Shown in pieces: positions 38,376-49,700 of a stretch of 64,000 bases of DNA (position 1 is its first letter; each line of letters opens with the position of its first letter). A model generated the notes under the pieces. That model was not told the origin of the DNA. It made no database searches and saw only the letters and a program-made list of their open reading frames with translations. The position numbers and the translations under genes are program-made. Source of the DNA: Promethearchaeota archaeon (GTDB lineage Archaea > Asgardarchaeota > Lokiarchaeia > Sigyniarchaeales > SOKP01); NCBI GenBank assembly GCA_019058365.1, contig JAHPZE010000001.1, positions 352,001 to 416,000 of the forward strand, read 5' to 3'.

Positions 38376-38864
38376 TTAAAATCTTTTTTCAAGGACAGTT
38401 ATAATTGGTTGAAAACCTACTTTAGCAAAGACATTTATTAATTTATTATCTGCTTCATAAGGCAGATTAATTCTTACTGATTCACAACCCCATGATTGAA
38501 GAATTTGTATAGCCTTATCTGCTAAAAGTTTTCCTACATGTTTACCAATAAAGCCTTTTTTTGTAGCCCAATTATCTAAATATCCAATATATTGTCCTAA
38601 TGTATTTTTTACAGCTTCGATCATTCCCATACTTACAACCTCACCTGTAGGTTTGAACTCAGCAATTAAGGTTATTCTTTTAAGATTAGGTTTAAATTGT
38701 CTTAATCCGGATGATTCTCTCCATTGTTCTTCTCTTAAACCAATATCATATAATTTATGGAGTTCTTTTAATATTTCTAAAGTTGCTTGATAATCTGAAG
38801 TTCTATAATTTCTGATAATAATGTCTTCTTCACTAATTTTATCTTTTAACATTTTAGATTCCAT
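38376..38864 (-). CDS. GNAT-family acetyltransferase
   Basis: IIRNYRTSD; motif A variant FIGKHVGKLL; GCESVRI; VGF. Confidence 0.75.
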   Translation of the reverse strand: MESKMLKDKISEEDIIIRNYRTSDYQATLEILKELHKLYDIGLREEQWRESSGLRQFKPNLKRITLIAEFKPTGEVVSMGMIEAVKNTLGQYIGYLDNWATKKGFIGKHVGKLLADKAIQILQSWGCESVRINLPYEADNKLINVFAKVGFQPIITVLEKRF

Positions 38865-38866
38865 CT

Positions 38867-39916
38867 TTAACTTGTAATTTTATTAATTAATTTTAAATCA
38901 ATTCTTTGGGATAATTTATTTTCAATATTTCCTCTTCCATCTCCCTTCTTTATGGAAAATAAATATTCATCGATATGAGGAACTATAGGTGACACAAACA
39001 AGAGTTCTTCTTGAGGAAACCAAAATTCAACCTCTTGATTCATTACTTCTTTTTCAAAATATTCTTTAACATGAGTTATAGTTATAAATAAATTCTTTAG
39101 CTCTTCATCCGAATTATTTTGAACTGTAATTTCTATTTCTTGGCTATTTTCAATAAAATTAATGCTAGCTATAGAAAATAGAGATTTTGTTCTAATATCC
39201 TCATTCTTTTGTTTTTTAGAATCAAAAAGGTCTACGTCGGCAAAATTTCCCTCTCCTCTCAAATTACTAAGGGGAGAAAACTCAAATCCTTTTAAAGAGA
39301 AATAAGATATTGCTTTTTGAGCTTTAAGAGATGGTGATTCGGATCTTTTTTCAATCACTCTGGAAAAATAATCTCTAATTTCCTTATCGATTAATTCTCT
39401 CATAAAAACTTTAATTTTATTTCCTTTAGATATACGTTCCTGAATTTTTGGTGTCTTTATCACAGCATCAGTAGCAATTCCACACTCTATGACTTCAGCT
39501 AACTGATCTTCAAACTGATCTCTTAATTTTTCTGTTAATTCTTTTATTAGCTCATCACCAAAAATTTCTAACTCTACAGGCAGAGAAACTATTATAACTA
39601 TAGTTTCTGGAGTTTCTTCTTCAAGTCCAGCTCTTCTTTTTGGTCGTTGTGATTTTGCCTTGAATTTCTTACCAAAGAATGCGTAACCCTTATATTCTAA
39701 ATCAATATGGTCGAGTTCTTCAGTTTCTAAGAACCAAACTGGATGAAAATTTATTGGTCGCATGTATCTCTTATCTTTTCTGAATCTATCATCAGGATAC
39801 ATCAATAGAGGGACTTGTCCCTTTTTTTCATCAAAATATAGGACATATACTACACATAAATCTTCATGAGGATTTTTTTCCACTGTCCCATTAAAAATAT
39901 CCGACACTCCAACCAA
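38867..39916 (-). CDS. Hypothetical protein with a uDENN/longin-like N-terminus and an Ig-like C-terminus
   Basis: VYVLYFDEKKGQVPLLMYP motif; C-terminal IEITVQNNSDEELKNLFITIT. Confidence 0.6.
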   Translation of the reverse strand: MVGVSDIFNGTVEKNPHEDLCVVYVLYFDEKKGQVPLLMYPDDRFRKDKRYMRPINFHPVWFLETEELDHIDLEYKGYAFFGKKFKAKSQRPKRRAGLEEETPETIVIIVSLPVELEIFGDELIKELTEKLRDQFEDQLAEVIECGIATDAVIKTPKIQERISKGNKIKVFMRELIDKEIRDYFSRVIEKRSESPSLKAQKAISYFSLKGFEFSPLSNLRGEGNFADVDLFDSKKQKNEDIRTKSLFSIASINFIENSQEIEITVQNNSDEELKNLFITITHVKEYFEKEVMNQEVEFWFPQEELLFVSPIVPHIDEYLFSIKKGDGRGNIENKLSQRIDLKLINKITS

Positions 39917-40040
39917 ACCAAGAATTGTTCTAAAGAATATAATTATTCTTTTTTCAAGAGAAAAAAATTCATCTTATTCTAAAAATTTATCTATAAAAAA
40001 ATGTAAACTATTATTAATTTACTTTAGGGTACATTAAAAA

Positions 40041-41123
40041 ATGAAAATTATAGATGTTCAAACTTATGTATTAGCACTTGATTTTAGATTTAAAATCGGG
40101 GCAATGCCTCCAATACAAGCCAGTGGAGTTTTAATTAACATAAAGACGGATGAGGATATTGATGGGTGGGGATTAGCGCATTTTAATTTGAGTAATAATG
40201 CGCAAAAAGTGTTTATTGATGAAGCATTATCACGAATTTTAATTAATAAAGATCCTTTTATGGTCGAGGAAATTTACCATGAAATTTACCATAGTAGTAA
40301 TAGAATTACTTATGGTATACCTCATGCTACTTCTGGCATACAAGTTGCACTTTGGGACATAATAGGAAAAAAAACTAAACAACCGATTTATCGTTTACTG
40401 GGGGGAATGAAAAAAAAGGTGAGAGCTTATGCTTCAATGCCTAGAGGTTTTAAACCAAAAGCTGCTGTAGGTGCCGTTCAGTCTGCTATTGATCTTGGCG
40501 GTTTTACAGGAGTAAAGTTACGTGTAGGGGGTAGAGGTGGAGAGCCCGGAGCAATAGTGAAAGAAGTAAGAGACGCCTTTCCTAATTTACATATTATGAT
40601 TGATGCTAATTCATACTATTTAACCGTTTCCGAAGCTTTAAAATTTGCTAAAATATGTGGAAAGAATGAAATTGAATGGTTAGAAGAACCAATGCCTTCA
40701 GATAATCTTAATGGTTTAACAAAGTTAAGAAGAGAATCACCAGTAGATATTGCTGGAGGGGAAAATGATCTTGGAATATTTCGTTTTGAAGATATTTTAT
40801 CAAAAGAGTGCTATGATATCGTGCAACCAGACGTGACACGTTGTGGTGGATTTTTACAGGTTAAGAAAATTGATGCAATGGCTGAAGTAAAAGGAGTGCG
40901 CTGTATACCTCATATTTTTGGATTCGGATTATCTCTTGTTGCTAATCTTCATTTAATACTTTCCACGAGATGTGACTGGTTGGAATTTCCGTTTTACCCC
41001 GAAGAATTCCAGATTCTTGAAGAACCAATAAAGGTTGAGAAAGGTTATGTGTATGCTATAGAAAAACCAGGATTAGGTGTAGAGATCAACAAGAAATCAT
41101 TTGAAGAAAATGTAATTAAATAA
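40041..41123 (+). CDS. Mandelate racemase/muconate-lactonising enzyme family
   Basis: ALWDIIGK, KLR, MIDAN, WLEEP, GEN, IVQPD, PH. Confidence 0.92.
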   Translation: MKIIDVQTYVLALDFRFKIGAMPPIQASGVLINIKTDEDIDGWGLAHFNLSNNAQKVFIDEALSRILINKDPFMVEEIYHEIYHSSNRITYGIPHATSGIQVALWDIIGKKTKQPIYRLLGGMKKKVRAYASMPRGFKPKAAVGAVQSAIDLGGFTGVKLRVGGRGGEPGAIVKEVRDAFPNLHIMIDANSYYLTVSEALKFAKICGKNEIEWLEEPMPSDNLNGLTKLRRESPVDIAGGENDLGIFRFEDILSKECYDIVQPDVTRCGGFLQVKKIDAMAEVKGVRCIPHIFGFGLSLVANLHLILSTRCDWLEFPFYPEEFQILEEPIKVEKGYVYAIEKPGLGVEINKKSFEENVIK

Positions 41124-41130
41124 ATAATTC

Positions 41131-41826
41131 ATGATAAATATGGTATCTTTTGAAGAAATAAAGTCTACTTTAAATAGTGACGAGAAAATTTTTTGGAAAA
41201 AACAACACTATACAAATGAATTAAAAGAATTAAGATTCACTTTAAATATTTTAATTTTTACTGTAGGAATTTCAATTTTTAGCTTATTATTTTATTTTTT
41301 AACTTCAACAATAAAGTTTGATGTTTTGCTAAGTCTTTTCATTTCATTAACAATTTTACTCATTTCTGGTTTTCCTTTATATCTCTTTTTTAGGATTTAT
41401 AGTGAATATAAGAAAATTATAAAAAGATTAGAGTTAAAACTCATTAATTTGCGAAGGTATGAAGAATTCTTTATATTAACTAATAAGAGATGGATTCAAA
41501 AATCTTTTTATTTGGCAAAAATAGATGATTTTAATTATGAGAGTGATCTGATGGTAAAAAGAAAAGATATGGCTTTTGCAAACCTAGATAATATAGAAGT
41601 AATCTACATTTCACCCCAAAAGAAGACAGAAATATTTCAAGTGAATTTTTTTAGAGTATGGGATAAAATTTTAGAAGAATCAATTCTTCACGTTTTTTTA
41701 GAGAAGAATGATTTCCAAACATTAATGGAAACTTTTCAAGAATTATTTCATATATCAAAAGAAGAGCATGACGTTATTAAAAATGGAGATTCTGCTTTTT
41801 ATTGCAAAAAGAAAATAGAGTGTTAA
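41131..41826 (+). CDS. Two-TM membrane protein with a soluble C-terminal domain
   Basis: Two hydrophobic helices followed by ILTNKR. Confidence 0.7.
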   Translation: MINMVSFEEIKSTLNSDEKIFWKKQHYTNELKELRFTLNILIFTVGISIFSLLFYFLTSTIKFDVLLSLFISLTILLISGFPLYLFFRIYSEYKKIIKRLELKLINLRRYEEFFILTNKRWIQKSFYLAKIDDFNYESDLMVKRKDMAFANLDNIEVIYISPQKKTEIFQVNFFRVWDKILEESILHVFLEKNDFQTLMETFQELFHISKEEHDVIKNGDSAFYCKKKIEC

Positions 41827-41896
41827 ACATTTAGATAATGTTATTCTAAGATATAGATTTTAATAAAATAAAAAAAAAAGGATTATATTAACTTTA

Positions 41897-44521
41897 TTAT
41901 TTAGGTTTACGTTTCTTTATAACCACTACTACTGTTACGGCAACAGCAACGCCCCCAATAATAACTATAATAATAATTATCATTATAGTATTATCTGGAG
42001 AAGTAGGTCGTCTAATTGCAAAATTATCACTGTAATCATACACTAAGGGATTAGAGGCATCACTAATTTTTATTTGATATTCAGTTGAAGTAGTAAGATT
42101 CGAAGGAATATTCCAAGTAAATTCTCCATCATTTGGTGTATTTGCTTCAATTTCTAATACAAAAGTACCATTTAAGAACAATTCAATTTTCACATCTGGA
42201 AGAGTTCCAGTTGAAGTCCAATTGAGGAAATGTTCTGTCCCTCTTATCCATGAACTTGAACTATCAGGAGATGTTATAGTAATGGTAGGATTGTAGATTT
42301 CAAAATATTCGCTATAATCATAGGTATATGGATTAGATAAGTCTGTAATTTTTATCTGATAATGAGTAGAATCAATGAGGCTTAGAGGAAATGTCCAATA
42401 AAATTCTCCATCAGTAGTCGTATTTGCAGAAATTTCCATTTCAAAAACACCACTTCTAAATAACTCGATTTTTACATTTGAAATATTTCCTGTTGTAGTC
42501 CACTCGATGTAATGGGATGATCCTGTTTGCCATGAACTAAGTGCATTGGGAATCTCAACATTTAAAGTATCAGAGAAATAATGAGCTGAAGGATCATATA
42601 GAAGAATATTTTCATATATAACTGATCCTGGGATATAAGGGCTATCAAATAAATAAGCAAATTCAAGAGTCTGCGAACTAGCTATAATATATCCATTTCC
42701 GAACTCGAATTCTATTAGAATAGGATCAGATGTACTTGTACGTTGCAATATTTCTCTGCTATTGGTTGGGTATACATCAAAATATCCATGAGCAGAAAAA
42801 TCCCAATTATCTACACTTGTATCATTAGCTGGGTGTGGATTTAATATTATTGGATGTTGAATTAAATTAATATCCACGTCGTCGAAACCTGCATCTGTCA
42901 TATCTAAACCTCCAGGCATTAAATACAATCCATTCCAATCTCCTCCGTTCCATCCTCCATCAGCTGCGTGAACTTCGAGAATACCACCGTTCTTAGCATA
43001 GCTTTCAAACCAAGATACATTTCCATCTAATCTATTATAAAAAGCTTGAGGTTGATCTGATGAGATGATGACTTTCTGATAAGGTGTAAGGTCCACTACT
43101 CCAAAATCTGATGAATCATATATAGTATAGGATATGCCATACATCTCTAAAATGATATCTGTTGAATTATAACTCCAAGGATAAGCATCTTGAAAGATTG
43201 CTACTGGCCCCGAAATCGTTCTAAACTCAAAAAAGTGTCCCTTTTGGTCTGGATTTAATACTCCAACAGAACCAGTGCTTGAAACAATCCAATCGGAAGC
43301 TCGATCAGTGTCGATATCATTTGTTCTATACGCAGTATTACTAGCTAAATGTATATAAGTATCATTGATCCATATTGCATCACTTGGATGAGGTAATGTG
43401 TGATTATATGTTTGAAACCAATCAATATTAGCACCTGTATCATCAAAAAGACCAACTGCAATTTCCCTACTAGCCCAAAAAATATTATCTCCAGTGTATA
43501 ACTCAGTATTTGTATCAGTTCCACTATACTCATATAAAACTACTACTTGATGAGAATTAAACATCCATCCATCAGGGAAAGTATAATTAAAATCAAGAAT
43601 ATTATCATCATAGAGTTCGACATACCATCCTGTCATATTTATACTAGAACCGTAATTATAGAATTCGATGTAATCGGGAGTTCCAGCATTTACTTCATTA
43701 ATAACTATAGTTTGAGGTACATCTACGAATTTTTCTCTAATCCAATTGATACTGTTTAGAATCATTTGTCGATTAGTTGTAGTATTCCAATTTAAATTAT
43801 CCCAAATGTGGACTACTCTTCCGCAATAAGGGGCGTCCAATGCAACTACAACATCATAATTACTCCCAAGATCCGCTTTAACTAAAGGAGTATAATATGG
43901 TCCCGCAGAAGATTTCATGATCGCATCTGATAAATATCGAGAATCACCAGCAGTTCCATTTACAATCTCTCCATACGTATAACCATTCATAACTGGATGC
44001 TCATCATTAACTACTTTACCTTGATCTGAGGATGCATAATTCCAATAAGTAATAATCCCATTTGTTCCGTCTGCCTCTGGTGGTATGATTCCCGCCCAAT
44101 TCAATAGACAAATACTACTATCGAAAGAAAGTATGCCACCTCCCTTAAGAACCCAATCTCTAACTGTTGCTGAAGCTGCATCACTTGGCAAATTATCGAT
44201 TAAGACTAAAACATCCACGGTTAATAATATATCCGCGAGAATATCAGCATTTGTGATAACAATTGTATCAAATCCATTAGCCACTAGTGCATTATAGATG
44301 GTTAAGTAATCATTAGTAAATCCACCATTAGCATAACTAGGAAGAACACCAGAATTTAAAACTGCAACTTTTAAATTTGTAGCAGCGGTTTTAGGTTGAG
44401 GAGTATCTTTTTCTATCTCTAAAGTTGTAAAATTTGAAGAAATATTTATAAAACTAAATCCTCCTAAAGTTAAAAAGCAAATCAAAACTAAAATTAAAAG
44501 ATTTTTATTATTTATTCTCAT
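41897..44521 (-). CDS. Surface protein: GATase1-like domain, lamin-tail-like domain, shared stalk and TM anchor
   Basis: Signal helix; IVINEV...DYIEFYN (LTD-like); two Ig-like repeats; C-terminal TM plus KKRKPK. Confidence 0.8.
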   Translation of the reverse strand: MRINNKNLLILVLICFLTLGGFSFINISSNFTTLEIEKDTPQPKTAATNLKVAVLNSGVLPSYANGGFTNDYLTIYNALVANGFDTIVITNADILADILLTVDVLVLIDNLPSDAASATVRDWVLKGGGILSFDSSICLLNWAGIIPPEADGTNGIITYWNYASSDQGKVVNDEHPVMNGYTYGEIVNGTAGDSRYLSDAIMKSSAGPYYTPLVKADLGSNYDVVVALDAPYCGRVVHIWDNLNWNTTTNRQMILNSINWIREKFVDVPQTIVINEVNAGTPDYIEFYNYGSSINMTGWYVELYDDNILDFNYTFPDGWMFNSHQVVVLYEYSGTDTNTELYTGDNIFWASREIAVGLFDDTGANIDWFQTYNHTLPHPSDAIWINDTYIHLASNTAYRTNDIDTDRASDWIVSSTGSVGVLNPDQKGHFFEFRTISGPVAIFQDAYPWSYNSTDIILEMYGISYTIYDSSDFGVVDLTPYQKVIISSDQPQAFYNRLDGNVSWFESYAKNGGILEVHAADGGWNGGDWNGLYLMPGGLDMTDAGFDDVDINLIQHPIILNPHPANDTSVDNWDFSAHGYFDVYPTNSREILQRTSTSDPILIEFEFGNGYIIASSQTLEFAYLFDSPYIPGSVIYENILLYDPSAHYFSDTLNVEIPNALSSWQTGSSHYIEWTTTGNISNVKIELFRSGVFEMEISANTTTDGEFYWTFPLSLIDSTHYQIKITDLSNPYTYDYSEYFEIYNPTITITSPDSSSSWIRGTEHFLNWTSTGTLPDVKIELFLNGTFVLEIEANTPNDGEFTWNIPSNLTTSTEYQIKISDASNPLVYDYSDNFAIRRPTSPDNTIMIIIIIVIIGGVAVAVTVVVVIKKRKPK

Positions 44522-44594
44522 TAGTTTTCACAATTGTTTTGTTATTAGATATTCTTAAATAAAACTTGTAAGTAATAAGTTGTTTTCTACTTAT

Positions 44595-45965
44595 TTAAGA
44601 TTTTTTATATTCTAATTCTTTTCTTCTTTCTGATAAGATATCACTACAATTTTTTGATTCTTTAGGATAGTAGAAATATGAGATTATCCATAGAAGTGTT
44701 CCCCCTAACCAAATGAATAAAACTAATGAAATAGCAAATGGTAACCATGACAAATTATTCTCAATTAAAGAGGATAATAAAAGGTTACCAATGATACCAC
44801 CAATATTTACCATTAAACCATTCATTGCGTTCGCAGAACTTCTTAGTTCCGGAAGACAAACCTCCGAATAAATTGCAAATTGATTTCCCACTGAGAAAGT
44901 TGAAAACATATATCCTAAAAAACCAAAACTGATAAAAAAGATCCAAGAAAAGATAATTTGAATAGTAGTAGCTGCAAAAAAGGGAGTTAAATAGAAGATT
45001 AATGTAAAGATAACGCCAAGAATAACTCCAATGAGGGATATAATTGCTCGACCTCTAGTTTTTCCTTTACTCAAATAAATGTCTCCTAATTTACCGCCTA
45101 TAATTGTTCCTGGAAGGGCTCCCGCTCCCGCGATAAGATAAATTGTAGTAGCTGATAATTCTGCATTAACCCCACCAATTTTCGAAGTTATATAAAAAAT
45201 TCCCCATGTTCCAAGAGTAGAAGTTGCTAATCCAGAACAGAGCACATAAACCAGAATAGAACCTATTGATTTTTTCCGAAAAAGTCCTTTAATGCTGTTA
45301 AAAGTAATTTTATAATTATAATTTATCTCACCTTTAAAACTTTCAAACTCAGGTTCAGCGCGACCTCGCTCAGGCTCAATTCCTTTAAAGATGTAAGGGA
45401 ATATTGCACATATTCCCAATATAAAACCAAAAATATAAGTTATCCTCCAGCCTAATGATCCTGCCACATAACTTCCCAATAACCCTCCAGCAATAATTCC
45501 CATTCCACTACCTAATATTAGAGAAAAATTCATAACCCCAAATTTTTTTCCTCTTTCTTTTGGAGGGTAAAAATCTCCTATCATGGAAAAACCTATAGGT
45601 AGAAAAGCACCCGTCCCTATGGCGCTTATTGTAAGAAATATCAGATAATAAAAATAATCAGGAGATAAACTAGCAAGTCCATATGAAATAATCCATATAA
45701 AATTAGTTAAAATAAATATTTTTTTTTTTGAATACTTTTCAGCTATTTTATCTTCATAATAACCAAAAAATAAAATACTAATTATACCTACGATTAAAGT
45801 GGATGCTATTAAAAATCCGACTCCAAATTTTGTTGTTTTTGGAAGATAGAGTAATATATTATCAATATTTACTGGCATAATTCCAGTAAAAAAATATATC
45901 ATAAAGTAGAGGTGGAAGAAGGAACGAAAAGTTTTTTGTCTTCTTTGTTTGAAATTCTCATCCAT
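44595..45965 (-). CDS. MFS transporter
   Basis: About 12 TM helices; GDFYPPKERG, GWR, GGKLGD, PELRSSA. Confidence 0.9.
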   Translation of the reverse strand: MDENFKQRRQKTFRSFFHLYFMIYFFTGIMPVNIDNILLYLPKTTKFGVGFLIASTLIVGIISILFFGYYEDKIAEKYSKKKIFILTNFIWIISYGLASLSPDYFYYLIFLTISAIGTGAFLPIGFSMIGDFYPPKERGKKFGVMNFSLILGSGMGIIAGGLLGSYVAGSLGWRITYIFGFILGICAIFPYIFKGIEPERGRAEPEFESFKGEINYNYKITFNSIKGLFRKKSIGSILVYVLCSGLATSTLGTWGIFYITSKIGGVNAELSATTIYLIAGAGALPGTIIGGKLGDIYLSKGKTRGRAIISLIGVILGVIFTLIFYLTPFFAATTIQIIFSWIFFISFGFLGYMFSTFSVGNQFAIYSEVCLPELRSSANAMNGLMVNIGGIIGNLLLSSLIENNLSWLPFAISLVLFIWLGGTLLWIISYFYYPKESKNCSDILSERRKELEYKKS

Positions 45966-46319
45966 AAGCGAAATCTACTTCCTTATTAATAATTAATATT
46001 TTTTTTTGGATTGGGAAATAATATTATTTGAATTTTGTAGTATAATAAGTTTTATTTTCAACAAAAATGTGTAATCCGAAAGCTTTTTTTCGAATAAAGT
46101 TTATAAAAAAAAACTTTAGCTTTCTTAAGAGAAAATGACCGACGCGAGTCATGTTTTTCTACTATCTCTAACGATATGGTTACAAACTTAACAATCATAA
46201 TCTCATTCATTTTGGTGTGGATTGTGATTCTACTTTTAGATTTGGGTAGATTCAAAATTTATGTTTTTTTAATACACTTATCCTGTAAAATTTAAATCAA
46301 AAAAAAGTGAAATAATGAA

Positions 46320-46649
46320 ATGATTAAAGGACCAATTAATAAAGAAAATGTAGAAAAAGTTAAAGCTCTTGAAGGTATTTATAGAAAGACATTAGTTTAT
46401 GATAATAATGTTATGTTATGTTTTTTTGTCTTAGAAAAAGATGCAGTAGTGCCACTTCATGAACATGAAGCTCATCAAATAGGGTATGTGTTAAAAGGAA
46501 AAATAAAGTTTATGACAGAAACAAGGGAATTCATTGCTAAAGAAGGAGATAGTTACCTTTTTGATTCTAATGAAAAGCACAGTGCGGAATTACTCGAATA
46601 TACTGAGATTATTGAGGTTTTTAACCCAACAAGAGACGATTACAAATAA
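46320..46649 (+). CDS. Cupin-domain protein
   Basis: PLHEHEAHQIGYV, GDS, H, EVFNPTRDDY. Confidence 0.9.
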   Translation: MIKGPINKENVEKVKALEGIYRKTLVYDNNVMLCFFVLEKDAVVPLHEHEAHQIGYVLKGKIKFMTETREFIAKEGDSYLFDSNEKHSAELLEYTEIIEVFNPTRDDYK

Positions 46650-46745
46650 TAGTCTTATACTTTAATTAATATAAGCTGTTTGAAATCTTGTTAAAATAAA
46701 GCTATTTTTTATCAATATTTTAAAAAAAAAAAAAATGTTATGAAT

Positions 46746-49700
46746 TTATTCTGATTCTCCTACCCCTTCTCCTACCTTTCGTTTTCTAAGTAGTAAAACT
46801 ATAACAACAGAGACAACAGCAGCTCCGCTAACTATAGAAATAACGATAATGATTATAATGAAATTATCTCCTGTAGTTGGAGTGACTTTTTCTATATTCA
46901 CACTTTCTGATGCGAGATTTCCAGCTGTATCATTAGCATAGAACGTGATGGTAACAGAACCTAAGGACAATGCAGCCCATGCTGTTTGATCGATGGTACC
47001 ATTAGTAATGAAAGTGAAAGTGGTTAATCCACCATCAAGTGAGTACCACATTGAATCTAGATTATCATCTGAGATTTCAACTATGAAACTCGGAGCTCCA
47101 GCAAATCTATCATCTATATTTGGAGAAATAATTGCGATAATAGGTGTTTGACTATCTTTTTCTATATTAACTGAAGCTGATCCTATATTTCCGGGATAAT
47201 CTGAAGCATAGAATGTCAATATGATTATTCCATCAGGTGCGTTATCCCACGCAGATTGATCAATAGTTCCAGTAGATCCCGTAAATGTATAATTATGCAA
47301 TCCTCCATCAATCGTATACCATGTTTCATTAAGTAAATTATCTGTAATTATAACACTAAAACTTGGAGCATTGGTACCAAAAACATCTGCTGGGTGAGGA
47401 GTATTAACTACTACAGAGGGAGGCCCATCTTCAGCTATTGGTAAATAGTCTATACTTCCCGCCCCACCACCAATATAGGTATATGGAACATCTACAATTC
47501 CGTCATTAGGACTTGTATCTGGACCAGTGTGATTGTCCCAATAATTACCAATAACTGTATTGTTCCAATCATTACCTGCTCCATCGTCATATGCATGTCT
47601 TGCATTTCCTAGAAATACATTGCCATATAATAAATTATTGGCAGATCCTGTAGCAATATTGATTCCATACATAACATTATCAATTAAAATATTATCATGG
47701 ATCGTAGTATCATCTCCATTTGTTAGATATATACCATTTTGCTGATTCTCCTTTGCTAGTGTTCCTTCAATAGTATTATCATTACTGTTATCAATAATAA
47801 TTCCACTCAAAGTATTGTTAAATACAATATTTCCTGAAATGAAATTATTGTCGGCAGCTGATGTAAGAACAATACCATAATTAAGGTTTTTTAAAACAGT
47901 ATTATCTGAAATGGTATTATTATCAGAAGCGAATAAAAATATTCCCTGCCAACAATTTTCTACTGTATTTCCATCAATTAAATTGTCATGATAACCACTA
48001 CTAAATTGAATTATAATTCCTGATCCTAAGCCATCTCCATATATTTCGTTATCAATAACTTCGTTGTAGGAACCTTCAAGATATATTCCATGTCGGTTAT
48101 TAGTAAGTAAATTGCCTGAAATTAAGTTATAATCACTTAAGAATAGATAAATGCCTGCATTTCTATTATTGTCAAATTGGTTATCGATAATATTTCCATT
48201 AGTAACATTATTTAGATATACACCTGCTTCAGAACTAGAAACTATAGAGTTATTAAGTTCACATCCTCGAATTATAAAATGTGCCTCCGAATTTAATATC
48301 TTAATACAACTATCTGTAAAATTAGCATCGATATTCAACCCCTCTATTATATAAGGATCTAATTCAGTTCCAGAACCACTACACCACGCTTGATTTACTG
48401 CCCACGTCCAATTATTTAAACTACTTGGAAGATCGTCAATTACAATTGGAGCTTGCTTATTGCATATGGGTAAATAATCTATACTCCCCGCAGAACCAGT
48501 TATGAAAGTATATGGAGTATCTCCAATGCCATCTAAATCCATGTCATATCCAAGATAATCATTCCAATAATTTCCAATAATAGTATTATTCCAATTATTA
48601 TTAGCACCATTATCAATAGCATTATTTGAATTATTTACAAAATAATTACCATATAATAAATTTCCATCAGATCCTGTCGATATAGAAACACCATAAAAAT
48701 CATTTTCTCTTATTTTATTATTGTAGATATTGTTATTATCACCATTGTCTAAATATATGCCATTTTGCATGTTATCAATAAGATAGTTATTTTCAATCAT
48801 ACTATCAAAACTCCAAACTATCCGAATTCCATCCAATACGTTATTTACTACTATATTCCCCGAAGCAAATGTATAATAACTGTATTGTAGAATAATGATT
48901 CCATTTTGTAAATTATTGGAAACTTCATTCCCTAAAAGTGTTGTATTTTGAGCACCATAATTCCAAATTCCTTGCCAACAGTCTTCTATTGTATTTTCAG
49001 AAATTATGTTGTAATCAACATCCCATATTACAATTCCCGTCCCAGATCCATCTCCATATATTTCATTATCAATAACTTCGTTGTAAGAACCTTCAAGATA
49101 TATTCCATGTTGGTTATTAGTAAGTGAATTGCCTGAAATTGTGTTATGATCACTTAAGGATAGATAGATGCCTGCGTTTCTATTATTATCAAAAGTGTTA
49201 TCGATTATATTTCCATTAGTAACATTATTTAGGTAAACACCTGCTTCAGAAACAGAAACTGTCGAGTTATTAAGTGTACAACCTCGAATTATAAAATGTG
49301 CCTCTGAATTTAGTATTGCAATACAACTATCGGTAAAATTTGCGTCTATTTTTAAATCCTCTATTATATAGGGATTTAACTCAGTCCCAGAACCACTACA
49401 CCAATTCTGACTCACTGCCCAGTTCCAGTTATTTAAACTACTAGGAAGATCATTAATCTCAAGTGGACCCATAATATCCCATATAGGTAAGTAGTCGAAA
49501 TTTCCAGCGCTCCCGAATATACTATAAGGATCATCGCCTATTCCATCAAAATTCATATCGTATCCTACATAATCATCCCAATAATTCCCAATCACAGTAT
49601 TGTTCCAATCATTATTAGCACCATTATCAATAGCATTGTTGAATGCATGATTAGTTACGTAATTATCATAAACTAGATTATTATCAGAGGTAACATCTAG

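Noticed and set aside
46058-46255. 65-aa minus-strand ORF between the MFS and cupin genes
   Set aside because: TTG start, no RBS, no motif; it could be a remnant but I cannot support it.
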